A stretch of 64,000 bases of DNA from contig NMRA01000197.1 of NCBI GenBank assembly GCA_002633005.1, forward strand, positions 446,534 through 510,533, in the 5' to 3' direction. Below are positions 32,301 to 44,836 of the stretch, piece by piece. Made by a program: the position numbers and the translations under genes. Every line of letters starts with the position of its first letter. Position 1 is the stretch's first letter. The notes beneath the pieces are model-generated. The model was not told the DNA's origin. It was given only the letters and a program-made list of their open reading frames with translations, and ran no database searches. The DNA comes from Phoronis australis. Lineage: Eukaryota; Animalia; Phoronida.

Positions 32301-35300
32301 GGATTCCCATTGTTGATCTTGAAGTACGGTTTTTACACCGTATCTTTGTTCATAATAGTGAGCTGTCACCCCTCGACAGACTACTGTGCGTCCACGGACG
32401 CAGATTATCGTGTCAGAGAATTAAACAATTTGAGACTCATAAAAGCGAGTGAGGAGACGAGAATCAATCTTACTAAGGGTACGCCTGAACACTTTGTAAA
32501 CAATCCTTTTAAATAATGTTTCATCAAGCAATTTATTGTTGCTTTTTTAACTAATGGTTAGTTGTGACCGGGAAGTTAGAAAATGGACATTAAGACAATT
32601 TTCCACAACAGTGGGCAGAGTTATACATTTCCCTTAACCACTTACCGGCATGTACAGAAGCAATGCTCCCAACAGAATTATACACAGCAACAATGGACTG
32701 GCGGCTTTGAGGACCTGTAGCGATGACATGAACTAATTTTATGCTCCGTCTACACGATACGCAATTTCCAGGTGCAAGTTGTTCCGACATGCGCGCACCC
32801 GGGGGGGGCTCGAGGGGCTCGAACGAGCTCCCCCATTTGGCGAAGTGGGCAAAAAGGTCCGCCTCAGAGAAACAAAAAGTCCGAGAAAACGAGACAAAAG
32901 TCCACTAAAAGGGTGCAGACGCACAGTTCACAGTTCTGAAAGTGGTACCCCGTTTTTTTAGTCCTGCTGCTTTGTTGTCAGCAAAAGGTCCACATCGTCC
33001 CCCCATATTAAAGGCTGGGTGCGCACATGATTTACGTCTACGTTTACACAAGTACAACCGAAACTCGGAACAAGGCAAAACATGTATGAGTAGGCGGGAG
33101 TTCAGTAGGCGGGAGTTGTAACCAATATGACAAATGGATCCAGAGAATTATCAACGTCAAACTCGCTCTCTTCATTGTCAATACTTGTTTGTCAGATGGC
33201 GATTAATCCGATTTTACCGTATTGTTCCTTGGTACGTTTGCATTGAGGTTTAAGCCCGGGACAAGTTGATCTAGAACAATCTATACTACCGTCTGATGTG
33301 GAGTAAAAGAGTCCAGAACAACTCCTATACCGGAGGAACTTAAAAGTTGGCAACGACTCCATTTTGCACCATTTTCATTTTAACGAATGGATTACATGAC
33401 CTTTAATTTACTTCACTCCTTGATTGCAACTTTGATAGGACTTCTGATGAAGATAAATACGAATATCAAAAGTTTTATCATCAGTACTTGATTTTTTACT
33501 AAAATAAAAGTTCCGTTGAAACCAACGTAAATGCCACCACGCATGGGTTTTCAGTGTTCTATTTGCATTTTAAAATAGTAAATGAGTTTAGTTTAGCTTT
33601 CTGTGCAATACACTGTTCTAATCGTACTATTGGCCAAAGTTAAGCATCGCAATTTGATTCGATTTCCCTATTCGTTTAATTAATCTACTCATTTAGTTTA
33701 CTTTTTCCACTATTAATTAATAATGAGAACATGGCCAAAGTTTACTGGTTTAAAACTGACTATATCCATAAACAGTGACGGGAACTGATGCACGATCGGA
33801 TATCTGCACACATATCAAGCGTGCACAGATTTTATGAATCTGAAAATAAATTCTGTATTTTGGATTACCCTGTATTCTACAAGCATCTTCGTACCTTGAC
33901 ATCTTTGTATCTCCACACGAAGATAGCGATGAATATAATGCCGCACATGATGACGCATGCGAGAACCAGGAGACACGTACGCAACACCCAGTTCAACTGT
34001 ATAGCACATGGACTGTAGTCTATACATTCGTCACAGTCCGGGGAACACGGCAGACAAGAGAAATCCACGTCGTAAATGTTCTCTTGACTCTGCAAATAAA
34101 AGCACTTTGAACAAGTGAACGCACGTGTAGACTGTCTGGGCAAGTGGTAGTATTAGATATTTTGAACATGTGAACGTACGTGCAGATTACCTGAACATGA
34201 GGTAGTTGTAGATCTTACTAGGCAATCTTACCTACAGTTGAAGGAGGAATATAATGAAATGAGGTGATTAAGGGTTAGAAACAAATAAATTTGTGACAGT
34301 ACAAAAAAATTCATTGCCATGGTGGCACGTGGGTTTCACCCTCAAAGCGAACCCCTTCCAGTGATATGAAACTATTCAGAGACACAAAATTGGCCAGACC
34401 CGTCGAAATACTGGCATTTTGACAATTTTGATTACTTGCCAATGTTCCCGATGTGAACTTTTCTCGGATGAAAATCACGATAGGAAAAGATACGAGGAAT
34501 ATTTTGTGTAGTCTAGTACCATGGTATAAGTTTTATAGTGTCAGGAAGAAGTGAGTAAAGACAGAAATAAATCTGGTACATTATATAGATGCTGAGACAG
34601 TCGCAGTGTTACGCACGTAGTTCAAGATTCCAATGGTTACTTATTAGTTGGTGTGCAAGATCAAACGTTATGACTTAGAAATAACATTTGAGTAACTAGT
34701 GCGCTTTTGCAGATCTCTGGTTTTTATTCATTGCAATGTAAGTCAGCTTACACTGAGAACACGTGAGCATTAAGCTGTTGCTCTCGAAGCAAATTCTGTA
34801 TTACCTATACTAAATTTTCTACCTTCATTTTCTTTTCGTACTCGTTTTCAATCAGTATTCCATCATAGTACTTGTTGACGGCGGTCACGTTTGGAAAATA
34901 GAACCCCTTCTGACACACGCATTTATAGTTACCCCGCCGGAAACCTTGGCCGGACAGCGGCTCACACTGCAAAAGAGAGGAACACAAATACAGTTTTGAC
35001 TATAAACCCAAACACGTGAACTTATGACGTAAAGCGATAAAATTGGTTTCAACTTGCTTCTTACTTAGATGATAAAAAGTTTTCTGGGCTTGCAAGGAAC
35101 TAACAGCTCGTTATTACTTGAGACCATATTCAGCGAATAAAATGGCACGCCGTGAGATTAGCCAACGCGTGTGGAACCTGGGCCCGGTCTCTAATCTTTG
35201 TACTCGAAACGAACTCGAAACTATTTTTGGCAATTTCTCTGCTCCTTTTGTGCGAACTTAAGATAATTGGTTATCAGACTGTGCTCGAATACATTATAGT

Positions 35301-38300
35301 TTATGCATAAGAGTTCTAGTTCAAGTTTGCCCTTGAAGACCCTTGTATTCGTGCTACAAACTCGAGTAAAAACTCGAAATTTCGAGTTCAAACTCGAACT
35401 TATTGCTTTAATATTGGGTTTACAAACTGTAAACTAAGGGCAATAAATTATCTACGTAAGTTATTGTGTACTGGAGCATAGAATAATAGACACTTATCCT
35501 GATTTCGCCCAAAAGTACAGTAGAAAATGCCAAACCTAATTTTGAGTTCCGTTTCGAGTAAAAAGATTGGAGACCGGGCCCTGGTCTGACAGCTCTTTTA
35601 AAGCCCTGAAATCCTCTCCAATTTGATTAAGGAACAATTCGAGACCAATTTCAAAAAGGGAAGTGGTATAAATGAAAAGTATTTTGTGATGGGTGGTGGG
35701 TTTACAACCGTTGTAAAAGAGCATCTTTAGTCGAAAGGAAATGCTTGATTTGTTTTGTCAAGAAGTCATCTGCAGATTAGAATTTCGACTAATGGATAAT
35801 TAATTCTGTCAACGCATTAAACAAACAAAAGTATATCAATCAATGAAAGCGTCAACATTGCAGTGATCCTTGCAAACTGTGTAGAAACGATTACAATTTT
35901 AATCAAGGAACGCTGGGTGATCAATTTTTATTCAAAATAAATTGAACTTATATAAAATCACTAAGCTCATTATTTAATTTCTTGCGGTGCATCAACAAAG
36001 TAGTCGCCGCAGTTGACGAACGCTAATCTAAACTTCTTGAGAACGTTACTGAATTGAAACGCAATTACATACAAGGGTAAAATATTCCTAGTTTAATGAT
36101 AAATTTTGACTGACCAGATTGTGTTCCAAACTGGTATAAATAACGAAAAAGTATATTTTAAGGCCAAAATAAACGTCACAGTGAATAACTTTAAACACAG
36201 TTTTTTTCGTCAATGGCCGATGTACAGGGATATTGGTTTTCGTTATTTAATTTTTAATGCTTCTGCCCACTTGTTTTTTTACCGGGAACGGGTTGATAAC
36301 TTATCATCTAAGTTTTAAACTTGAAATACCAAAACAGCGGTAGATTTTGATTGCCATCGAAACTTAATTAGTTAAGTTCATTGTGAGCCGATCCCTGAAC
36401 TTTCCACATTACATGTAGGCCTACACTAAACATTTCACGTGTTATTAAAGTTTAATCTTTATTAGAACTCTGCGCTCTCTTTGATCCTGGTAAAAGCCGC
36501 TCAGAAGGACGAGAGGTCAAAATTCCCGCGTATCTTTACAAAGGCGTGACTTCCTTGTAAGCGTATTATTCACGGCATGGCGGCCGTTGGGACTGGACAT
36601 TACGAACATAAACCAGCTTAAGTTGGAAACTAAACCTCCAGTCACGAAAACACTATAATAGTGAGCCAAAGAAATAATGTGCACGTAATTATTTAGGTGA
36701 ATTAACCATGAAACTTACTTGCCGGGGGCCGCCAAGTCAGGTTCCCCTTCCACAGAACCGTCAGGGCAAAGGTTTTACAGTAACAATGATTTGAATAATG
36801 TATTTGTGTATCTAAATAAAGATTCCCCAAACATGTGACCATAGCATATGAAATAGAGTTATTATTTCACAAAAGCTTTATGTCCCCGTTCCAAACGCCG
36901 TAATATATTACAGTGAGCTGCAAGCATGCAACGAGTTGCATTTAATAGACTCTTGAATGGTGTTACGGCGTTTGGAACTGGTGTATGTTCTGTCAGCAAA
37001 CACTGAATTAGCATGCGCTCTCACGGCCTCGGTCGGCTCGGTCAATATTACCTTTATTGCATCTAAAGCCGGTAACGCAGTGGTTTATTCATTGCTGGCT
37101 TCTCAAAACATTTACACTCACGAATACTCCAAAGGCATTACAAATTGTATCTAATGAGACAGTCGACTTTGTTTCGCTTTTATGTAAGCATTGGTTAGGG
37201 TGAGAATAGTTTATTTTGAAACAGAACGCAGAATAATAAACGTCAACATGGCAACTCGCCCGGCGCCAATCCCGACTTAGTCGAGAGCTCAGCGATGAAG
37301 ATTACACGGATCAGATCGTTAGGTTCCACAGGTTATCAGTTCGAACCGGAATACCCTGATCAAGAAATACTATGAGATGCGCCGTGAACATGCACAGGCA
37401 ACGGAACGTATGGATAGTTCTTTGGTAAGCCGGAATTCGTTAGAGAAATCACTGTCGACGAAATGCCGACCACAGACACGGAGATGTTTCACGGCCTCAT
37501 ATTTGCTATTAGCAGTGTACTTTTCATTCTTCACTACCGCGAGCCACTTCCTAAGCATTTCGGGCTCTCGAAGAAGTCGAAAAAACGACATACCCGCTTT
37601 CTTCGCAGCTTCATAGTTCAGACAAGCGGGAACGATGCACCGCAACATAGCGGCATTCACTCTGCAGATGAACCACACGTCGCCGCGGCGTTTCTCACCT
37701 TCCTCAAAGGTTAACGCGACACCTTTCGGCTAGGTGAGGTCAACTGTACAGGAGGCAATGTGGATATAGACCGATTAAGACTGTAAAAAGGACTAATTAA
37801 GTTGGGTGGCATTCTCCTTTAAGGACATTACGGCCAAAAACGCATTTTTGAGTTTATTGTTAGAAGGTACAGACTTCTTGAAGTTAATTAGCTTTAGCAA
37901 GTACTATAAACAACAAAACCCTTATGTTTTTTTATTTTATTGCAAATCGCCAATTGTCAGTTGTCTGACAAACATTTGCAGAAATCAAGGCGCGTAGGGA
38001 TGTGTTGTACATTTAGCCAAAAAGCTGCAAAACTATAGAATTTAACTCAGCAAAAACCCATGATTTCTGAAAGTAAATTATTCCGTAGAATTTGATTTGT
38101 GACTTTATACCGACCTGTAATTGATTAGGTCACGTGACCATGCTTTTTATTAAAATTTAGTAAAAAAGGTACATTCATAGCACAACAACAGGATCAATAA
38201 CACGAGCAAATCTCGTATGGTATAGAAGGTCAAGATCAAATCTCAAAAACGCTGCTACGGTTTTCTAAATTATCGTTTCATTTACTCTTTATGCACGTTT

Positions 38301-41300
38301 TTCATCAAAACCATATCAGTCCCATTTTGATAGCACCTCATGTAAAAGTGGAAATTTGAAAACAATATCTAACAATGCTTTAAAGAACAGTATATAAAAT
38401 ATACAGAACAGTATATAAAGTATACATCAGTACCTGAAATGTTCATGTTTATCCGACCAGCCATTTCTGAGATATGATGTCCCAAAGTTGGCCAAAATTG
38501 GACATTTTTCCAGGATCCTACGTAACCGACCCTTCCAATTATGGAAAACTTCAGAACATCTTATCTCAGAAATGGCTGATCGGATTCATACGAAGCTTTC
38601 AGATACTATGCTTCGTGCACTCTTTCCCATAACGCTGTTGAGCATACTGTTCAAACTGTTTCATTTTTCCATCGAGGGGCTATCAAAATTAATACTTTTA
38701 TGATTTTCATGAAAAAATTCAAAATTACACAAACGAAAGCGAGGCAATATTTTAAAAACTGTGAGAGCGTTTTTGAGACCTCACCTTGAATATTAATCGA
38801 AAATAATTTTAGTCATACAATTGATATGGATGTTTTGCTGCCAACGTACCTTTTTTGCTAAATTCAACCAAAACGACATGGTAGCGTGACCCAATTGTTG
38901 CCAAATTGCTAAAAAGAGTTCTACAGGCTAGTTGCTTTCAGATAAATGTACTTTTACTGGTTTAAAATCTATCTATTTGGCTAAATACGCAGTCTTGCCA
39001 GTACGGTCCTACGTCACTATAAAACACTATAAATACGGTAAACACGAGGCTGTCAGAGAAAGTGATAGAAAAATTCCGATCGTTTAAGAACCATATTATA
39101 ATTATAGAGCAAGTGTAAACATAGACGGAGTGATAAGGTATCGATTGATAAATTGGCAGTATATTCACTGTAATGCAGCGTCTTGACAACACAAAAAGGT
39201 GGCTATTAATTTAACAACAGGGATAAAACCTTTTTATGATGAACGAAAGTGGTTTTTACAATAAATTAGCAATTAGCAGTCGATATTGTGTAGGCCCCAC
39301 AAAGGTTGTACGCGCGTGCGTTCTGTGGAAAGTCTTGGAAAGTCTTTACCGACTCGTCGTGTATCAAGAAGCGAGCTAGGTTTTATCTCTGACACAGTAG
39401 TCTCTATGTTTTTGAATTGGGTTCGTCTATAATAGATAGCCTCGATAATCACTGAGACGGAAAGTATAATGAGTTACAAAGTCGTCATTTATGTGCATTA
39501 TATAATAATGATATATAATTAGGTAAAGAGTACACGCTGGCGTTGTCTTAGGTACATGTAGTATATGTTGAAGAGGTGTGCAACAACAACTCCAAGTTCA
39601 AATATTGACGCAGGTTTTAATACACACGAGAGAACCCCAAATTCAAAATATCTGGAAATCAATCGTGAAAATGACTCTGACAGGGATCCACAACCATGTA
39701 AAAACTTTGTATCCATACAATCGCAGTTTATTACGCAGGCGTAAGCGATATCGTGTTCTAGTGGGAAGATTGCGCTACACGACAACAGTTTGCAAACCAA
39801 TGCGCGATACTTGTAGTAGGCCTTGTTGTGGGAGGCCGCTACAATGACACGCTGTGGCGGCTGCCAAACGCGTTTACAGGGGAAAAGAAGTTAATGAAAA
39901 AATGTCGCGACATCTTCGGGTGTAACAACAACAGAATAAGATTTGCAAAGTTGAGAAAATATTAACATTCATAGCGAAATCACCTGTGTCGTTGGTTTAC
40001 AGCGAGACGAGTTCGCGAACACATTTTGTTCAGTGGTTCCTTCCGGTAGAGGGCACTGATTGATGTCCACCTTCTGTAAGTCGATATCTATGCCGCTTGT
40101 ACCCCTGTGAAGACAATGAAAGAGAACCATAACTTAACGTGGTAATTTCAGTCCTATAATCGCAAAATCAAGAACTGCTTTAGTTAAGCCAACTAAACTA
40201 AACTTGAGAAATTCCCTGACCTTGTAACTACATGCATGATAACATCGGTTTGAACGCTCAATTGCAATTAATTAGAACGCTCGAGTAAGGGCCAAACAAT
40301 GGTGTTTACAGGAAATTTACTCATCTTCGCGCTTTTCTCGTGAGCACACATATCTTTAGCACAGCGAAGACAAAGTGAATAGAATTTTAGTGTTCGACAC
40401 GATACACTGACTGGCTGCATGTGATTCACCCTGACTCAGTCCAGTGAGCCGAGTCGACAGAATGACGTGCCTTTGTGTGTTGCGTAGACGCAAGAACCTC
40501 GCGAAAACGTAACATCACACAAGACTTCACGAGATATGGCCATGCATTAAAAGAAAGTATGTGATCACACAATGAGCCCTGGAGGTCAAAGAGCCCTCAG
40601 ACTATGTCTTAGCACCGAGGCTGACAGGATGACCCGGCACCGAGTGAATAAGTGTAGCTCTCATCCCTCTCACAAGTCAATTTCCTCCAATTCATTTCCG
40701 TACATGGAATTTTTGGTTCGTCCTCATTTGGCTGGCCTATCCATACCATTCCATCCTAAATTGTGTTCTTCCTAAATCGTGTCTTTCCTTCGCATATGCA
40801 GTCCAAATTTCTGGATATTAAGAGCCATTCCACGAGAAAATCAAAAGAAATAAAACAATCACTCTTGGGTCATCTTCCAGATTCAGCTTAAACTTTGTGT
40901 ATTGTTCTTGGTGCGGCCCTGCTACAAAAATCACCAATTTTGCACTTATTGACCTCTTAATTCTTTACCGGCTATAGGCCCGAGGTTCAAGAAGGAAATG
41001 AAACGTTTTTGCATACCTAAGACAGCAATTTTTAATATAAAAGCACAAAGATTGCATGCACTGAGAGAAAACATAATGGGATTAGGAAGTGAGACATGAG
41101 GAATAGCAAATAAAATTGATACAAATAATTTCGCAGCATTCATCAGGTGACAGGGGAGATAAGTCCGGAGGCACTTTTTTGTAGCGTTGAAAGTGGGTGT
41201 CACTCAAGTGCTTCTACAAGCCAGTGAGTAGCGTTGAAAGTGGGTGTCACTCAAGTGCTTCTACAAGCCAGTGAGTAGCGTTGAAAGTGGGTGTCACTCA

Positions 41301-44300
41301 AGTGCTTCTACAAGCCAGTGTGTGCGGGTCAGTGGACATTGAAAGATATGTTTATGAATGGATCTTGGAACAAGTTAAAAAATTATGGAATGTACTTTTT
41401 CATTTTTTTGTTCTGAAAATGCCCCACTATTGCGTATTCTACACTTTTAAACGAATATTTTTTTGTAACTTCTTTACCTTAAAATGGTTTCAAGAAGAAA
41501 TTAATTAATGCTAATCAGCATTTTAGAATCCATAATGCTGTCTAACATATCCATACACCATTTCACTCATTGAGCGTTCATAACTGACCGTGGGTGATGA
41601 CATTCCAGCCTCGACCCCAAGCCTCAAGATGGCGCTGATCGGTTTAGCCACTTGAGGCTCTCGCTGGTTCCCCACGTGCCTAGCCAGCACGCAGGTATCA
41701 CGCAGTAGCACGCGCTTTAGCATTGGTTGATGTAACCTCTGTAGTCATTGGTTTGCTTTACAATAACGTGAAAAATGGCGGACCATGAACGATTTTTAAC
41801 CTTGCCATGCAAGTGGGGTAGCAGCAACAATTTCGTTTCTGCAGTAATGTTTAATAGCCGCGTGCTTGAAGCACATACATGTACAATAAACACAGTATCT
41901 GGCCCATTAACCGGTGTTATTCATACTGTATGAATACAGGACAGTATCGAGAACAAAAGTCATCGACAGTAGAAAGATGCACTCCGAAAAGGCGCACACA
42001 ATTTCTGGGATTCACATTTCCTGAACATCACCGTCGATTTGTCTTTACAAAAGACCACATATACACTTACTCCATCAGTCACGCCAGTTTGTTTGCGTAA
42101 AGCGCTGCCTGTTGAGAATTCGACCAGCCAATCAGAAACGCCGGTTTAAAAAAATTTCCCTAAGAAAATTAAGTGATACCTGCGTGCTGGCTACGAGCGG
42201 GCACACAGGGAACCAGCGAGCTTGAGGCTTGGCCAGGGCAGGGAAATGAAATATGTTAGAATTCTGACACATTTTTACGTAAATCGCCGGAACATCACGA
42301 GTACCATAATTTTGAAATTTTCTGCAGTTTTATATGAAAATGAAAACTAACGGTATATTCCAGCAATTTAGGTCTACATTTTTGCAAAAATGATGCATTT
42401 TGATTCGAAACCAGACTAATTTCTATGATACTATTAATAATAAAGAATTGAAAATAAGTACGCGAACAACCTTTATTTCAAACAATAACCAAAACAATGC
42501 CTTCTGCTTCATGAATGGCAGCAACAACGCCTGTGAAAATAATTAAAACCTGCCTTTGTTTTAATGACGTCAAGGCAGCGGCCAATCGCTGCGTAGAACT
42601 GGTAATTCCCATAACCACGCCTCAAATGGCTAAACCGATCAGCGCCATTTTGAGTCTTGGGGACGAGGGTGATGACATATTTGCCTGGTGCCAATACCCA
42701 ATACGGTTGACGCCCTTAGAGACAATTTTTAGGCTGACATGAATAATTCACTTGGTTAGTATTGAAATATTCCGATTTGTGCACTATTTCAAGATGATTT
42801 AATTTTTATCTATTAACAATTCTTTTAAAATTAAGGTTTCGAGAGTATATGAAGCGGTTGAAGCGAAAATTATTCTAAGTTTTCCCTTTGAAGACAACTG
42901 GTGTTGCAGCACAGGTTAGACTCATTCGAAAACATGCATGTAAATAATTAGTTTTTGGCCAAATTAGAAGTAAGAAGTGGAAAACAAAAACGACGCTAGA
43001 AAGTAGCATGTGAACAACGTTTCGATATTAATCAAAAGTCATTCTCAGGTACTATAGTAGACAAAACAGAGTGTCGTAACAGAATGTTAGATTAATATCG
43101 AAACTTCGTTCTCAAACATGCATTCATGATGTTTCAGCAAAGAAAACTAGTTATAGAAACTGCTACCAGGGGGCCAGCAATAATCGAAGTTTCTAAAAAT
43201 TGACCTCGACTGATTTGATCACCATGGAAACAAATTTTCAAGCATTAATGAAGCCCCTTTATGATGTTTACGAGATACAGCTGCATACTGCCCGTAGTCA
43301 GGCACTGTAAAATACCCGATGGTATATCTTTTCTATCGGCTGTTGCTTGAAAACAAGTGAAAAGCACGTTTTTTATTTTTATTGTCTTAATCAGACAGCA
43401 AACTGATGAAAAATATTATTGGAAATCACCAGCACCCCAAAAACCTTAAAAATAGCTGAGAGCCAAAATACACAAAATTGGGAAAGTTTACCGAATTTTG
43501 GCACTCCAGAGAAAGTTAACGGAAGCCCCTTTAAAATGCAAAGACTGTCTTCTGATGGAGAGGTTCAATGTGTACATAGAGATCAAAGTTTTTTCTTTCC
43601 CGTTCTTTTAAGCCGTTTTAAATCAACTTCACCAACTATTTGAACAAAAATGTGCTATTTTGGGCCAAAATATTCAAAGTGCTTTAACTTAAAAATAATG
43701 GCCCAAAACATTTCAACTAAACATTTGGAACATATCTCACTAGGATGTATGAACACACATTACGATGTATGAACACACATTACGATGTATGAACCCACAT
43801 TACGACTTATGAACACACATTACGATGTATGAACACACATTATGATGTATGAACACACATTACGATGTATGAACCCACATTACGACTTATGAACACACAT
43901 TACGATGTATGAACACACATTACGATGTATGAACACACATTTTTTCAAGATCCGAGTCGGTGACCCTAAAGTCGACCTTTTTATTTCACAAACATTGGTA
44001 AAACAATTGCACCGAAATATGAACAACACGTTTATCCTAGAAAGGGAATAAGGGAGCACAAACACTGGCACTGATTACACGTGTCTGCTCTTTTACTTGG
44101 GTCTTCCAACTAACAATCAACTTAGGTCGGTGGATATGAGCAACTAATGACTAAGCATTTCTAAGTCAAATCGTACAAAATAGCCTAAATACCGTGCTAT
44201 TATAGATCGTATTACACTTCTTATCTAACCATGTTCGTAAGCAATAACAGTTTCACCGACTTAATTATAGCAATTAGTAACTTGAGGGAACTGCTATTCA

Positions 44301-44799
44301 TACAGTACGTTCATACGTGGCGCCGTGCATAACAATTTGCCGATGCGATTCCAGACGACACTTACTTATTAGATAAATTTCACACACAAATTTTACGACA
44401 AAATATCTTCCGCTTGGAAGATAATTTCCGACACGCGGGTGTTCTAGGTTTTGTGATCTAGGTTGCACAAATCATTATAAATAAATTCGGCACCAATAAA
44501 TGTTATAGTTGCCTTGGTTACAGAGCAGCGTAAGTACAAAATAAAAATTCATCATGTTTATGTAGTCTACATCACAAATTCTTAACAGATTAAGATAATT
44601 TCTGGATGTTCCACCAACGACGGTGACTTTTCAGTATGAATCACGTGAGTGGCTTTACAGAATGCTTCTGGAATATCTGGCAAACGCGTTTGCTATGTTA
44701 GTTTCATTGTTTCAGCGGTAATGATAAACCGTAGGAAACATTGTGCATGCTAGATATTTACCCACACACACACGCACACGCACACGCACACGCACACGC

Positions 44800-44836
<37 letters not shown>

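Noticed and set aside
33443-33485. CTGATGA...stem as a hammerhead ribozyme
   Set aside because: The GAAA core is replaced by AAAA, and stems I and III cannot be formed convincingly
39287-39843. Weak inverted ends suggesting another Academ-like MITE
   Set aside because: The TIR match is too degenerate and there is no TSD
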